A stretch of 64,000 nt of DNA from Thermoplasmata archaeon (lineage in GTDB: Archaea; Thermoplasmatota; E2; JACPAO01; JAHFTW01). The notes beneath the pieces were generated by a model that had not been told where the DNA came from, made no database searches, and saw nothing but the letters and a program-made list of their open reading frames with translations. The position numbers were made by a program, and so were the translations under genes. The stretch spans positions 11,872 through 75,871 of the forward strand of contig JAHFTW010000009.1 in NCBI GenBank assembly GCA_023269235.1. The letters are read 5' to 3'. Below, piece by piece: positions 1 to 8,961 of this stretch; the stretch's first letter is position 1; the number at the start of each line of letters is the position of its first letter.

Positions 1-132
1 ACGGCCGGAGGGTGAATCTCGGCAGGTCCGTCAACGCGATGCGAAGCGAACGGCAGACGGCCGCCGAGATTTCCGAGGCGAAGCAAGGAATCCCTCCGGC
101 CTGTCACGGCCGGAGGGTGAATCTCGGCAGGT
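1..132 (+). repeat. 27-nt direct repeat in two copies (1-27 and 106-132); the second copy forms the 3' arm of a perfect 10-bp hairpin
   Basis: ACGGCCGGAGGGTGAATCTCGGCAGGT reads identically at 1-27 and 106-132. CCCTCCGGCC (92-101) and GGCCGGAGGG (108-117) form an inverted repeat with a 6-nt loop. Copy 1 touches the window edge, so the element may be longer. Confidence 0.6.
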
Positions 133-175
133 TCTCGCCTGCGGGCGAGGGGTTCAAACGGGCGCGGCCCGGTTC

Positions 176-463
176 ATGCCCATGGCCGAACCGAAGAAAG
201 GTGCCAAGACCCCGCCACCCTCTGAGACGCCCGATCTCGCGGCCCTCGCCGCCGGCTTCGCCACCGAGTTCGCGAAGCTCGGCAAGCAGTTCCAGTCCGC
301 GTTCGAGCAGGCCGCTGAGGAGGCGCAGTACAAGTTCGACCAGGAGCTCGCGAAGGCGCTCGCCAAGCACCCGGAGCTCTACGCCGAGGTGCGCAAGACG
401 CTGCGCCAGGCGAAGAAGACGGTGGACAAGGCGGCCGAGGCGTTCGGCCTCAAGCCGGAGTAG
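176..463 (+). CDS. hypothetical small Ala/Lys/Glu-rich helical protein (95 aa)
   Basis: ORF with G/C-rich third positions and plausible helical sequence (AEEAQYKFDQELAKALAKHPELYAEVRKTLRQAKK). No family recognised. An alternative ATG lies at 182. Confidence 0.45.
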   Translation: MPMAEPKKGAKTPPPSETPDLAALAAGFATEFAKLGKQFQSAFEQAAEEAQYKFDQELAKALAKHPELYAEVRKTLRQAKKTVDKAAEAFGLKPE

Positions 464-647
464 GCTTTCCCTTCTTGTTGCGGAAATACGCGTAAAGCGT
501 CAAGCCCACAAGCAGCGCGGCGAGGAGGCCGAAACCTGCGACGCCGAAGACCGTCCAGCGGCCGCCGAGCGAGATGAAGACGGCGCTCGCGACGAGGACG
601 CCGACGAAGGCCAGCCAGATGGCTAGCGTCCGGAGTCCCTTGCCCAT
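450..647 (-). CDS. small two-TM membrane protein (65 aa)
   Basis: MGKGLRTLAIWLAFVGVLVASAVFISLGG...GFGLLAALLVGLTLYAYFRNKKGK contains two clear hydrophobic helices. I chose the internal ATG; the ORF is open to 671. Confidence 0.4.
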   Translation of the reverse strand: MGKGLRTLAIWLAFVGVLVASAVFISLGGRWTVFGVAGFGLLAALLVGLTLYAYFRNKKGKPTPA

Positions 648-678
648 GGTGCTGGACCTTGCGCCCCGCATTTAGACG

Positions 679-2166
679 CTACAGCTTGAGCGGGAGGATG
701 CTTCGCCCCGAGCCTGCCGCCGCGACGAGCTCGTGCTCCTCCATGACCGCCCTGCCGGCGAGGAAGGTGTGGCTGGGGAAGATGGCGTTGTGGCCGTCGA
801 AGGGGGACCATCCGCATTTGCTGTGCAGGTTGTCCTCGTCCACCTTGGTGGGCTTCCACTCATAGACGGCAAAGTCCGCGCGCAGGCCAGGCTCCAAGGC
901 GCCGCGGTCGGAGGCGCCGATGAGTGCGGCCGGGTTGACGGTTGCGGCATCCACGACGGTGCGCAAATCCACGTGCCCCGCCTTGGCCTGGGCGAGCAGG
1001 AGGGGCATCATCGTCTCGACGCCGGGGACGCCGGAGGGGGCGGCGTGGAAGTTGTCCTCCTTCTCGACGCTCGTGTGCGGGGCGTGGTCGGACTCGAGGA
1101 TGGGGATCTTGCCGGCGGCGAACACCTTCCACAGCGCCTCGCGCGCGGCGGGGCTGCGCAAGGGGGGATTCATCTTGCCGTAGGCGTGCCGGAGCGGCGC
1201 ATCGGTGTCGAGGAGAAGATGGTGTGGACAGACGCCGGTGCTGAACTTGGCGGCCGTGGCGGCCTGGATGGCGTCGGTGCTCGCGGCGTGCGCGATGTGG
1301 ACGACGGGGGCCTTCTTGATGGCGGCGACCGCCTTCATGGCGTCATAGATGGCCTCGACTTCGGCGAGAGGCGGGCGAAGCTGGTCGTGGTCGGCGACGC
1401 CGGCCTCGCTGCGACGAAGCTGCTGGAGGACGCGCTGTGCCTCCGCGTGGAGGACGACGGGCTTGCCGGCCGTCGCCGCCGCGGAGAGGATGGCCTGGAG
1501 CCGCCCGATGTCCTCGAGGAGCAGGTCGCCGGTGCTCGCGCCAAGGTAGGTCTTGACGCCGGCGCACACCTTGAGCATGTCCGGCAGCTCTTGCGTGTAC
1601 CAGGTGCCGCCAGCCCACACGGCGTAGTCCACGACCGACTTGGAGGCGGCGAGGGCGAGCTTGTCCTTCGCGGCGCGCAGGGTCGTCGTCGCGGGCAGCG
1701 TGTTGGGCATGTCCACGAAGCCCGTGACGCCGCCGAAGGCGGCCGACGTGGAGCCGGAGAGGAAGTCTTCCTTGTGCGTGTGGCCCGGCTCGCGGAAGTG
1801 GACGTGCAGGTCGAGCGCGCCCGGGAGGAGGACCTTCTTGCCGAAGTCCAGGTGCTCGTCGAGCGCGGTGGACTTGCTGACGCGCACGATGCGGCCCGAG
1901 GCCGTGTCGATGTGCAGGATGCCGGGGGCCAGCTTGCCGCGCTGGTAAATTTGCCCCGCGACGGAGAGGTCGGCGTCCCCGGAGCGGACCTTGGGGGAAC
2001 CGACGGAGCGGGCCGGAGCGGATGGTTTGGGGGCGGCGGCCTTGCGGATTTTGGCGGCCTTCTTCGCGGCGGCGGCGCGGGCCTTTGGCTTGGCGGGGGA
2101 CTTGCTTCGTTTTGCGGGCTTCGGCTTGGGGGCTTTGGAAGGCTTCGAGGTCGCCTTCCCCGCCAT
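679..2166 (-). CDS. pyrC: dihydroorotase (cyclic amidohydrolase) with a ~60-aa Lys/Ala/Pro-rich N-terminal extension
   Basis: Metal-binding motif DLHVHFREPG, plus GGVTGFVDMPNT and ESDHAPH, typical of class I dihydroorotases. The ATG at 2166 shares one base with the TGA of the upstream gene (TGATG). Confidence 0.8.
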   Translation of the reverse strand: MAGKATSKPSKAPKPKPAKRSKSPAKPKARAAAAKKAAKIRKAAAPKPSAPARSVGSPKVRSGDADLSVAGQIYQRGKLAPGILHIDTASGRIVRVSKSTALDEHLDFGKKVLLPGALDLHVHFREPGHTHKEDFLSGSTSAAFGGVTGFVDMPNTLPATTTLRAAKDKLALAASKSVVDYAVWAGGTWYTQELPDMLKVCAGVKTYLGASTGDLLLEDIGRLQAILSAAATAGKPVVLHAEAQRVLQQLRRSEAGVADHDQLRPPLAEVEAIYDAMKAVAAIKKAPVVHIAHAASTDAIQAATAAKFSTGVCPHHLLLDTDAPLRHAYGKMNPPLRSPAAREALWKVFAAGKIPILESDHAPHTSVEKEDNFHAAPSGVPGVETMMPLLLAQAKAGHVDLRTVVDAATVNPAALIGASDRGALEPGLRADFAVYEWKPTKVDEDNLHSKCGWSPFDGHNAIFPSHTFLAGRAVMEEHELVAAAGSGRSILPLKL

Positions 2167-2774
2167 CACAGCACGCCCCACACACCGATCTCGCCGTTTT
2201 CCACCATCTCAGCAACTGTGGCGCGGAAGGCGCGGAACCAGCGCCCGAGGGCGAGCCCGCGGCCGGCGAGGACGCCCGCCACAAGACCGTTCAGAACAAG
2301 GACCGGCAGGGCGAGGGGAAGGCTCTGCGCGGCCGATGTGAAGGCGAGGACCAGGAGGGTCCCTTCGAGTCCCCAGGCAAGGAACAGGATGGCCGCGTAG
2401 AGGAACGGAAGGTTGCGGCCGGCGCGGCCGTGCACCTTGCGGTGGATCTCGGCGACCGATTCTGCGGCCACCGCGAAACGCATCCACTGGCTCCACGTGG
2501 ACTTGATGCTAAGCTCGTAGCGGCGCACGACGCCCCGCGCGGAGACGAGGCCGACGAGGAGGCCGACGAGGACGGCCCCAGCGTGGGCGGCGAGGCCGAG
2601 GGGGCCCGCGAGGACGACCGCGAGCGCGCCGAAGAGGAGGGCCAGGAGGACGCCGAGGACGACGCGGCTGCCAGCGGCGCGCTGGTCGCTTCCGAGCACG
2701 TGCAGGAAATGGCTCGCGACCTCCCCTGATGGCACAGGGGAAGCACCGTTGGCCGGCTCTTGAAGGCCCCACAT
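2166..2774 (-). CDS. hypothetical multi-pass membrane protein
   Basis: About four hydrophobic helices (VLGVLLALLFGALAVVLAG, FLYAAILFLAWGLEGTLLVLAF and others). Coupled to pyrC. Start uncertain. Confidence 0.45.
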   Translation of the reverse strand: MWGLQEPANGASPVPSGEVASHFLHVLGSDQRAAGSRVVLGVLLALLFGALAVVLAGPLGLAAHAGAVLVGLLVGLVSARGVVRRYELSIKSTWSQWMRFAVAAESVAEIHRKVHGRAGRNLPFLYAAILFLAWGLEGTLLVLAFTSAAQSLPLALPVLVLNGLVAGVLAGRGLALGRWFRAFRATVAEMVENGEIGVWGVL

Positions 2775-2813
2775 TCGATTCGGGGGGTTTTCCTCCTGTT
2801 GGAGGGGCCTGCG

Positions 2814-3632
2814 TCAGGCCTTGCCGAGCCAGCGCGCGAAGACCAAGAAGCCGGTGTGCCCAAGGCCCTCGAAACTGGGGCGGGAGCCGCGCTCCTTGAC
2901 TTCCCATTGCCGCTCGATGAGCTCCAGGCAGCGCACCTGGACGAAGCCCTTCTCGGTGAGCGTCTTGCTGGTGGTCTCCATCTGGCTGACCTGCGGCGTG
3001 TAGCAGGCGACGCGGGCGCCGGGGGCAAGGACAGGGAGGATGTTGGGGAGGGCGTTCCAAGGCTCGGGCTGGTCGAGGAGGACCGCGTCGAAGGGCCCCG
3101 CGGCCGCGATGCCAGGAGCGAGGGCTTGCGTGAGGTCGCCGAGGTGGGCCTCGACGCGGGCGCCGAGGCCGGCGCGCTCCAGGTTGGCGACGGCGAAGGT
3201 GGCGAACTCGTCGCGCAACTCCTGGACGACGACCTTGCCGGTCGCGCCGACCGCCCAGGCGAGCGCCATCGTGGTGGCGCCGGAGCCGATGCCGGATTCC
3301 AGCACGCGGTCGCCGGGGCCGACGCCGAGCTCGAAGAGGATGCGGCTCGCGTCTTTCGGGAGGATGACTTGCGCCTTGCGCTCCAGGGTGGCGCTCAAGT
3401 CGGCGAGGCCGGGGCGCAAGACGACGACGGCCTTGGCGCCGACCGTGGCGCGGGCGCCGTAGGGCATGCCGACGAGGCGGTCGGGGTCGAAGACGCCGAG
3501 GCCGCGCTGCTTCCGAGCACCCTTGCCGTCGGGGACGACGAGGTGGAGGTGGCCCGTGTCGGGTTCGAGGAGAAGGACGCGGTCGCCCGGCTGGACGGCA
3601 GGGATCCGGGCGGGGGTCGGGGTCGGGCTCAT
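2814..3632 (-). CDS. trmI: tRNA (adenine-N1)-methyltransferase, TrmI/Gcd14 family
   Basis: SAM motif VLESGIGSGATTMALAWAVG and the overall TrmI layout (N-terminal beta domain plus Rossmann fold). Starts 5 nt after the prefoldin stop. Confidence 0.75.
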   Translation of the reverse strand: MSPTPTPARIPAVQPGDRVLLLEPDTGHLHLVVPDGKGARKQRGLGVFDPDRLVGMPYGARATVGAKAVVVLRPGLADLSATLERKAQVILPKDASRILFELGVGPGDRVLESGIGSGATTMALAWAVGATGKVVVQELRDEFATFAVANLERAGLGARVEAHLGDLTQALAPGIAAAGPFDAVLLDQPEPWNALPNILPVLAPGARVACYTPQVSQMETTSKTLTEKGFVQVRCLELIERQWEVKERGSRPSFEGLGHTGFLVFARWLGKA

Positions 3633-3636
3633 CGGC

Positions 3637-3996
3637 CTAGGCCTGGCCGGCGGCCTTGAGGGCGGCCTGGATCTTCTGCTGCAGGGCGACGAGCTGCTGC
3701 TTCAGTTCGCCTTCCTGCTTCTGCATGCGCGTGACGCGCAGCGTGAGGGTCTCGACGTCGTCCTTGAGGCGGGCCTCGGCGGCGGCCTTGGTGTCCTGGA
3801 CGAGGAGGGCGCCGACGCTGCGGTACACGGGGGCGCCGTCGGCGAGGCCGCTCAGGGCCTCGAGGGCCTGCTCGGACTCCGCCTTCATGACGTCGAACTG
3901 GGCGCGCTGCTGCGCGGTGGCGCCGAGCTGCTGGTTCATCTGCTGCAGCTGCGCCACCTGCTGCTGGAGTTGCGGGGTCATCTGCGGCTCGGCCAT
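3637..3996 (-). CDS. pfdB: prefoldin beta subunit
   Basis: 119-aa coiled-coil/hairpin/coiled-coil sequence (QLQQQVAQLQQMNQQL ... PVYRSVGALLVQ ... LQQKIQAAL), typical of archaeal PfdB. Confidence 0.85.
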   Translation of the reverse strand: MAEPQMTPQLQQQVAQLQQMNQQLGATAQQRAQFDVMKAESEQALEALSGLADGAPVYRSVGALLVQDTKAAAEARLKDDVETLTLRVTRMQKQEGELKQQLVALQQKIQAALKAAGQA

Positions 3997-4089
3997 GGCG
4001 CGGCCGACGAGGGGGTTCTTCTAAAGGGCTTGGAGGAGACGAGCCTCCCGTCGGTTGCGCGCCGCGGCCAAATCCTGAAGAACTCGAAC

Positions 4090-4803
4090 ATGTTCACCAT
4101 CATGGCGACCTGTATGGGAATGACCGAGCTGCTGTTCCAGGTCGAGCTTCCCGACTGGCCTGTCTCCCTTTTCACGAAGGAGACCAAGGACGCGCGCGTC
4201 CTGATGAACCACATCCGGTTCGACGACGACCACTTCCCCACCCGCAACGTCTTCACCATCCTCGCCCCGCCCGCGAGCTACCGCGGCATCCTCGCGAAGA
4301 TGCAGGAGTTCTACACCAACGTCACCGTGCTGCGCGAGGACGGCCAGGCGCTCTCCGTGCTCGTCGAGCCGGCGCCGGACAAGATGAAGTTCCTCAAGGC
4401 GCCCTTCACCGCCGCCCTGCGCGCCCTTGGCCCCGACCGCATCCTGCGCCCCATCATCATCCAGAACGGCTGGATGACCGTCGGCATCATCACCGCCGCG
4501 AAAGTGGACATCGGCGAGGTCATCCGCACCGCCGGCGACTCGTTCAAGCGCGCCGGCCTCAACATGAAGCTCATCCGTTGGGGCGAATGGAAAGCCGAGG
4601 AGCACGCGATGAACGACTTCGAGGAGAAGCTCACGCCCAAGCAGGTCGAGATCGTCAAGATGGGCCTCGCGCTCGGCTTCTACGACAACCCGCGCAAGTG
4701 CGACCTCTCCGCCCTCGCCAGCGTCTTCGGAATCTCCAAGGCGGCCGCGCACAACCGCTTGAAGGCCGCAGAACGCAAGATTCTCAGCGCGTACTTCAGC
4801 TAA
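4090..4803 (+). CDS. transcriptional regulator with a C-terminal HTH_10 (Bat-type) DNA-binding domain
   Basis: C-terminus LTPKQVEIVKMGLALGFYDNPRKCDLSALASVFGISKAAAHNRLKAAERKIL matches the HTH_10 signature. The upstream 208 codons of the ORF are antisense to pfdB and are not called. Confidence 0.7.
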   Translation: MFTIMATCMGMTELLFQVELPDWPVSLFTKETKDARVLMNHIRFDDDHFPTRNVFTILAPPASYRGILAKMQEFYTNVTVLREDGQALSVLVEPAPDKMKFLKAPFTAALRALGPDRILRPIIIQNGWMTVGIITAAKVDIGEVIRTAGDSFKRAGLNMKLIRWGEWKAEEHAMNDFEEKLTPKQVEIVKMGLALGFYDNPRKCDLSALASVFGISKAAAHNRLKAAERKILSAYFS

Positions 4804-4876
4804 GACGTCCATCGTTCCAAGGTTGCCCGAGGTAGTTTATACGGCGTGGACGCAGGTCTACTGTTGAGGACTGCCT

Positions 4877-5686
4877 ATGCACCCCACAAAATCGATCCTT
4901 CCCCTCGGCCTTACGCTGGTCTTGGCGGCTGCCGCCCTTGCAGGCTGCACGGCCAACGCCAGCGGTACCGCCGCCATCTACGTCAAGGACGCCCCATCCG
5001 ACGCGTTCACGCACCTTTACGTCTCCTTCACGAAGGCCGAGCTCCATCAACTCCGGGCCGAGCCGAAGGACACCGACGCCAATGAGACCGGCGACGAAGC
5101 TTCCGGCCACGACGACAAGAACGAGACCGAGTCCGAGAAAAACGCCGAAGGCAACTCTGGCAAGGGCCGCCAAGACGGCCAGTTCGGTGAGGAGATGTCG
5201 GCCGACGAAGACCACGGCGAACATGACGGAGCTGACCGCGCCGAAGGCGCCTGGATCACGGTCATGGACCGCAACGTCACGGTCGACTTGAAGGCCTTCG
5301 CGGGCAACGCGAGCGCCTTCCTCGACGCCGCGACCCTGCCCCCCGGGACCTACAACGGCATCCGCCTCACCGTCACGAACGCGGTCGGTGTGCTCGCCAA
5401 CGGAACGCAAGTCCCAGTCAAAGTTCCCAGCGGCGCACTTCGCATCAAGGGCCACTTCATGGTGGTCGCCGGAAAGGAGACCGCGCTCACCCTCGATTTC
5501 AACCTGGCACGCAGCATCGTCGAGACCGGGCACGGCAAATACATCCTGAAGCCGGTTCTCCGCCTCGCCTCCCTGGAGCGCGACGAGGCCAACGACGGAG
5601 AGCACCGCCAACGCGAGGCCCGCCGCGACGAGCACGACCGCGACAGCCGCGAGAAAGAGGGTCGCGGCGTTCACAGCGATCGCTAG
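4877..5686 (+). CDS. DUF4382-type lipoprotein with an acidic insert
   Basis: Signal peptide plus lipobox LAGC. YVKDAPSD ... VTVDLKAF ... GTYNGIRLTV ... KVPSGALRIKG ... LTLDFNLARSI follows the DUF4382 pattern. Confidence 0.65.
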   Translation: MHPTKSILPLGLTLVLAAAALAGCTANASGTAAIYVKDAPSDAFTHLYVSFTKAELHQLRAEPKDTDANETGDEASGHDDKNETESEKNAEGNSGKGRQDGQFGEEMSADEDHGEHDGADRAEGAWITVMDRNVTVDLKAFAGNASAFLDAATLPPGTYNGIRLTVTNAVGVLANGTQVPVKVPSGALRIKGHFMVVAGKETALTLDFNLARSIVETGHGKYILKPVLRLASLERDEANDGEHRQREARRDEHDRDSREKEGRGVHSDR

Positions 5687-5690
5687 GACA

Positions 5691-5745
5691 TCCGTCCTCC
5701 CCTTTGTCCCCCTTTCCCTCGCCTCCTTTCTCGCTCCGCATTCTA
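5691..5745 (+). terminator. polypyrimidine (C/T-rich, T3-run) tract downstream of the gene; putative archaeal terminator
   Basis: TCCGTCCTCCCCTTTGTCCCCCTTTCCCTCGCCTCCTTTCTCGCTCC starts 5 nt after the stop. The same class of tract follows radA, rpl15e, rps3ae and the DUF1761 gene. Confidence 0.4.
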
Positions 5746-5853
5746 GCCGGCCTGAGTCCCTGCTTGGAATCGAGGTCCGCCGGGGGGCGGAACGACGAGG
5801 CCTGCCTTCACCAACCGTTAAGAAGGTCCGACAGGGTGCCCCACTCGAAGAGT

Positions 5854-6111
5854 ATGACGCGCGTCATCACCTCGAAGTGCATCGGCACCAAGGACACCTC
5901 CTGCGTGGACGTTTGCCCGGTCGACTGCATCCACCCGAAGAAGGACGACGCCAAGTTCGGCGCCAACACGCACCTCTTCATCAACCCGGACGAGTGCATC
6001 GACTGCGGCGCCTGCGAATCCGCGTGCCCCGTCAACGCCATCTTCCCCGAGGACGAGGTCCCCGCCGGCGAGCAGCAGTACATCAAGATCAACGCGGACT
6101 ACTTCAAGTGA
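5854..6111 (+). CDS. fdx: ferredoxin, 7Fe-type ([3Fe-4S][4Fe-4S] pattern)
   Basis: C-x7-C-x3-CP (CIGTKDTSCVDVCP) followed by CIDCGACESACP. Confidence 0.85.
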   Translation: MTRVITSKCIGTKDTSCVDVCPVDCIHPKKDDAKFGANTHLFINPDECIDCGACESACPVNAIFPEDEVPAGEQQYIKINADYFK

Positions 6112-6515
6112 GTCCGACCGAGCCGCCGGCCGCGTTCCCGCTCCAGCTTCTGTCCGGCCGCTTCGCCGTCTGCCGCCTCAGCGCCCAGGCCCCCGTGCCG
6201 CCGTGGGCGTTGCGGCCGAACGCCCGCTTCGTCTGCATCACGCGCACCGAGGACGAGCTCTCCATCGTCTGCCCCGAGTCCGACGTGCCGCCCCCGGTGC
6301 GCGTCGCGGAGCGTGGCTACCGGGCCTTCAAGCTCCAGGGTCCCGTCCCGTTCACGACCACCGGCGTCGTGAGCGGCCTCACCGGCCCCCTCGCCGCCGC
6401 GGGCATCAGCGTCTTCGTCGTCTCCACGTACGACACCGACTACCTCCTCGTCAAGGAGGCCAGCCTCGCCGCCGCGCAGGCGACCTTGACGGCGGCGGGG
6501 TTCGTCTTTCGATAG
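6108..6515 (+). CDS. ACT-domain protein (ACT_7-like)
   Basis: FPLQLLSGRFAVCRL ... FVCITRTEDELSIVCPE ... RAFKLQGPVPFTTTGVVSGLTGPLAAAGISVFVVSTYDTDYLLV. The GTG start overlaps the ferredoxin TGA (GTGA). Confidence 0.6.
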   Translation: MSPTEPPAAFPLQLLSGRFAVCRLSAQAPVPPWALRPNARFVCITRTEDELSIVCPESDVPPPVRVAERGYRAFKLQGPVPFTTTGVVSGLTGPLAAAGISVFVVSTYDTDYLLVKEASLAAAQATLTAAGFVFR

Positions 6516-6560
6516 GGCTCTGCAACGGGACCAAATAGGAAGCCCTCGATTGTTCGCTCG

Positions 6561-7841
6561 ATGACGGTGGACGGGGGCGTTGATTATGCGGCCCTCATCC
6601 GTGCGGCGACCGGCTTCCCGTACTTCCTGCTTGGTCTTTTCCTCGTGCTTCGCCGGCCGCGCACGCGCGTGATGGTGCTGTGGGGCGTCCTCCATCTCGC
6701 TCGTGGGTTCACGATTGTCTACTTCAACGCCGAATTGTTGGCGCAGAACGCTCTCCTCCGCCCGCTCCACACCAGCCTCGTTGTGTCGGTCGCCTTCGAC
6801 GCATTGGCGGTCGGGATTCTTGCCGCCCTGTTCCTTCCCGCCTACCGGTCGCTTTCTGGCCCCAAGCGTCGCATCATTGCACTCCTGACCGGCGGCCTGG
6901 TGCTTCTGTCCATCGCGGGCGCGCTCCTTCTGCTTCCGAATTTGTACGGCCCCCACCACGACGTCATCCTCGACACCTACTTTCTGGCGAGCACCTTTGC
7001 CGACCCCATTGCCGGGGCGGCGTTCGCTGGCGCCTGGATCATCGGCCTGGAAACGCTGCGCTCCGGGACATCCAGCGCCCGTTGGGGCTTGCTGGCTTTG
7101 TTCCCCTTCATCGGGGAGTTCGTGCAAAACCCCGCCTCCCATCTGGTTCAGGCCCTTGGTGCTCCCTTGGTCCAACCTCCCTTTCTGCTCAGTGACATCC
7201 CGGCCATCCTCGCGGCTTTGCTGTCGCTCGCTCCACTTCTCTGGTGCTTCCGGCTGATGAAGGGACCCGACGCCCGCTGGACGCGAAACGTGCAGGCCGG
7301 ACTCTATGTCTGGACCGCCGTCTTGTGCCTCTACACGCAGGTCTCCATCGTCGGCGTCCTCGGGACCTTGCCAGGCATCATGCGCATCCTCTCGTTGGGA
7401 ACGATTGGCTACGCCATCATCGCGGGAGATTTCCTCCCGATGCCGCTCAAGCGACCGACAGCGCGTCGCGGCGCGCTGGCGGGTTTGGCCTTGGCCGCCC
7501 TCCTCATCAGCACGCAGGTCCTGCAGAATCTTCTGAGTGCCGGCGGCAACCTGGTGGTGGGCGGCGTCATCACCGGCGTCGTCGTCTTCGCATCCCTGCC
7601 GCTGCAGAGGGCCGCGGAGCGCGCCGTCGAGAAACGGAAGCACCATGCTGGCCAGGACTCGCCCGCCTCCAAGTACCGTCGCCACGCCGAGATTGCTTGG
7701 ATCGACGGCAACCTGTCCGCCAACGAACGGCTGATGCTGGCCGAGACGCGTCGGCAGCTTGGGCTCGACGCGGAAACGGCGGCCTCCATCGACGAACAGG
7801 TCGCTGCGTGGCACGCGCGGAGACGCAAACGCCCCGCCTGA
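6561..7841 (+). CDS. polytopic membrane protein with a soluble C-terminal helical (TerB-like) tail
   Basis: About 9-10 hydrophobic helices, then IAWIDGNLSANERLMLAETRRQLGLDAETAASIDEQV. No family assigned with confidence. Confidence 0.55.
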   Translation: MTVDGGVDYAALIRAATGFPYFLLGLFLVLRRPRTRVMVLWGVLHLARGFTIVYFNAELLAQNALLRPLHTSLVVSVAFDALAVGILAALFLPAYRSLSGPKRRIIALLTGGLVLLSIAGALLLLPNLYGPHHDVILDTYFLASTFADPIAGAAFAGAWIIGLETLRSGTSSARWGLLALFPFIGEFVQNPASHLVQALGAPLVQPPFLLSDIPAILAALLSLAPLLWCFRLMKGPDARWTRNVQAGLYVWTAVLCLYTQVSIVGVLGTLPGIMRILSLGTIGYAIIAGDFLPMPLKRPTARRGALAGLALAALLISTQVLQNLLSAGGNLVVGGVITGVVVFASLPLQRAAERAVEKRKHHAGQDSPASKYRRHAEIAWIDGNLSANERLMLAETRRQLGLDAETAASIDEQVAAWHARRRKRPA

Positions 7842-7854
7842 ACGCTTATCCACG
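7841..7854 (+). promoter_or_regulatory. TATA-like promoter element (AACGCTTATCCACG)
   Basis: The CTTAT core lies ~30 nt upstream of the ATG at 7876. Member of the recurrent motif listed in the findings. Confidence 0.4.
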
Positions 7855-7875
7855 TCCCCCTGCGTCGCGCGGCCC

Positions 7876-8955
7876 ATGCGGATTGTTGCCGCCCTCCTCG
7901 CCTTGGCGTTCCTCGCCTCTGGCTGCGCCACCAAGACGACCGACTCGCCCACGGGCGGCACGATGGCCACGGTCCCGAACGGAGCCTGCGGCGCCCTGCT
8001 CTGCAACGCCACCGTCACCGTCCCCCACGTGGACGCCCGCAAGACCCTCGATGACCTCAAGGCCTTCAGCCAGGCGTTCCCCTACCGCCAGTCCGGCAAC
8101 CCCTCCCACGTCGCCGCCCGCGACGACTTGGAGGCCCGCTTCACGGCGGCCGGCCTGCCCGTCCTGCGCCAGAGCTTCGAGCGCCCCCTCGGCGCCAACC
8201 TGCCCGTGGTCGCCGGACCGACGTACACGGGCCAGAACGTCATCGGCATCAAGTGGGGCGCGCAGCGGGATCATTTCGTCGTCATCGGCGCCCACTACGA
8301 CGTCACCGAGGGCGCCATCTACGGCACCTACGACGACGGCTCCGGCACCGCGCTCGTCTTCGAGCTCGCCGCCGCCTTCGCCCATGTGGCCACCGACCGC
8401 ACCATCCTGTTTTGCGAGTTCGACCAGGAGGAGCTCGGCCTCGTCGGCTCCGCGCACCTGCTCTCGACCTTCGAGGACCACACGTTCCCCTACAACGGCA
8501 CCATCGACGCGATGCTCGACCTGGACATGATCGGCATCACCTACCCGCACCCGGCGAAGATGGTCGTCTGGCAGAACTCGCCCGAGGTCAAGGGCCTCGT
8601 CACCAACCTGACCGCGGCCGCCAAGGTCCCCGCGGCCCAGCTCGAGTTCCGCAAGACCAAGGGCGGCACCTCCGACGGCGCCACCTTCATCGCCGCCGGC
8701 ATCCCGACCGCCTATTTCTGGAGCGACTGGGACGAGTACTCTCTCCCCAACGGCCAGCCCATGCCGTACGTCGGCCTCTACGTCGGCGCCTACCCCTGGT
8801 GGCACAAGGTGGACACGTACGACACGATGGTTCTCGCCGCCGGCAACGAGGCGACACTCCAGGCCGGATTCCAGACGACGCTCGACGTCGTGAGCCCCAC
8901 CCTCGCCACCTTCGCGAGCGCCGCGTTCCAGCCCACCGTCGCCACCGACGCGTGA
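7876..8955 (+). CDS. M28-family aminopeptidase lipoprotein
   Basis: Lipobox ASGC. Zn-ligand motifs in order: GAHYD, YDDGSG, DQEELGLVGS, DLDMIG, WWHKVDT. Confidence 0.85.
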   Translation: MRIVAALLALAFLASGCATKTTDSPTGGTMATVPNGACGALLCNATVTVPHVDARKTLDDLKAFSQAFPYRQSGNPSHVAARDDLEARFTAAGLPVLRQSFERPLGANLPVVAGPTYTGQNVIGIKWGAQRDHFVVIGAHYDVTEGAIYGTYDDGSGTALVFELAAAFAHVATDRTILFCEFDQEELGLVGSAHLLSTFEDHTFPYNGTIDAMLDLDMIGITYPHPAKMVVWQNSPEVKGLVTNLTAAAKVPAAQLEFRKTKGGTSDGATFIAAGIPTAYFWSDWDEYSLPNGQPMPYVGLYVGAYPWWHKVDTYDTMVLAAGNEATLQAGFQTTLDVVSPTLATFASAAFQPTVATDA

Positions 8956-8961
8956 GCGAAC

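Noticed and set aside
140-175. tRNA-like T-loop (GGGGTTCAAACGGG)
   Set aside because: There is no complementary T-stem, acceptor stem or anticodon arm around it.
6099-8060. 653-aa minus-strand ORF
   Set aside because: It is antisense to the ACT-domain, membrane-protein and M28 genes, is Arg/Gly/Asp-rich, and has no recognisable motif.
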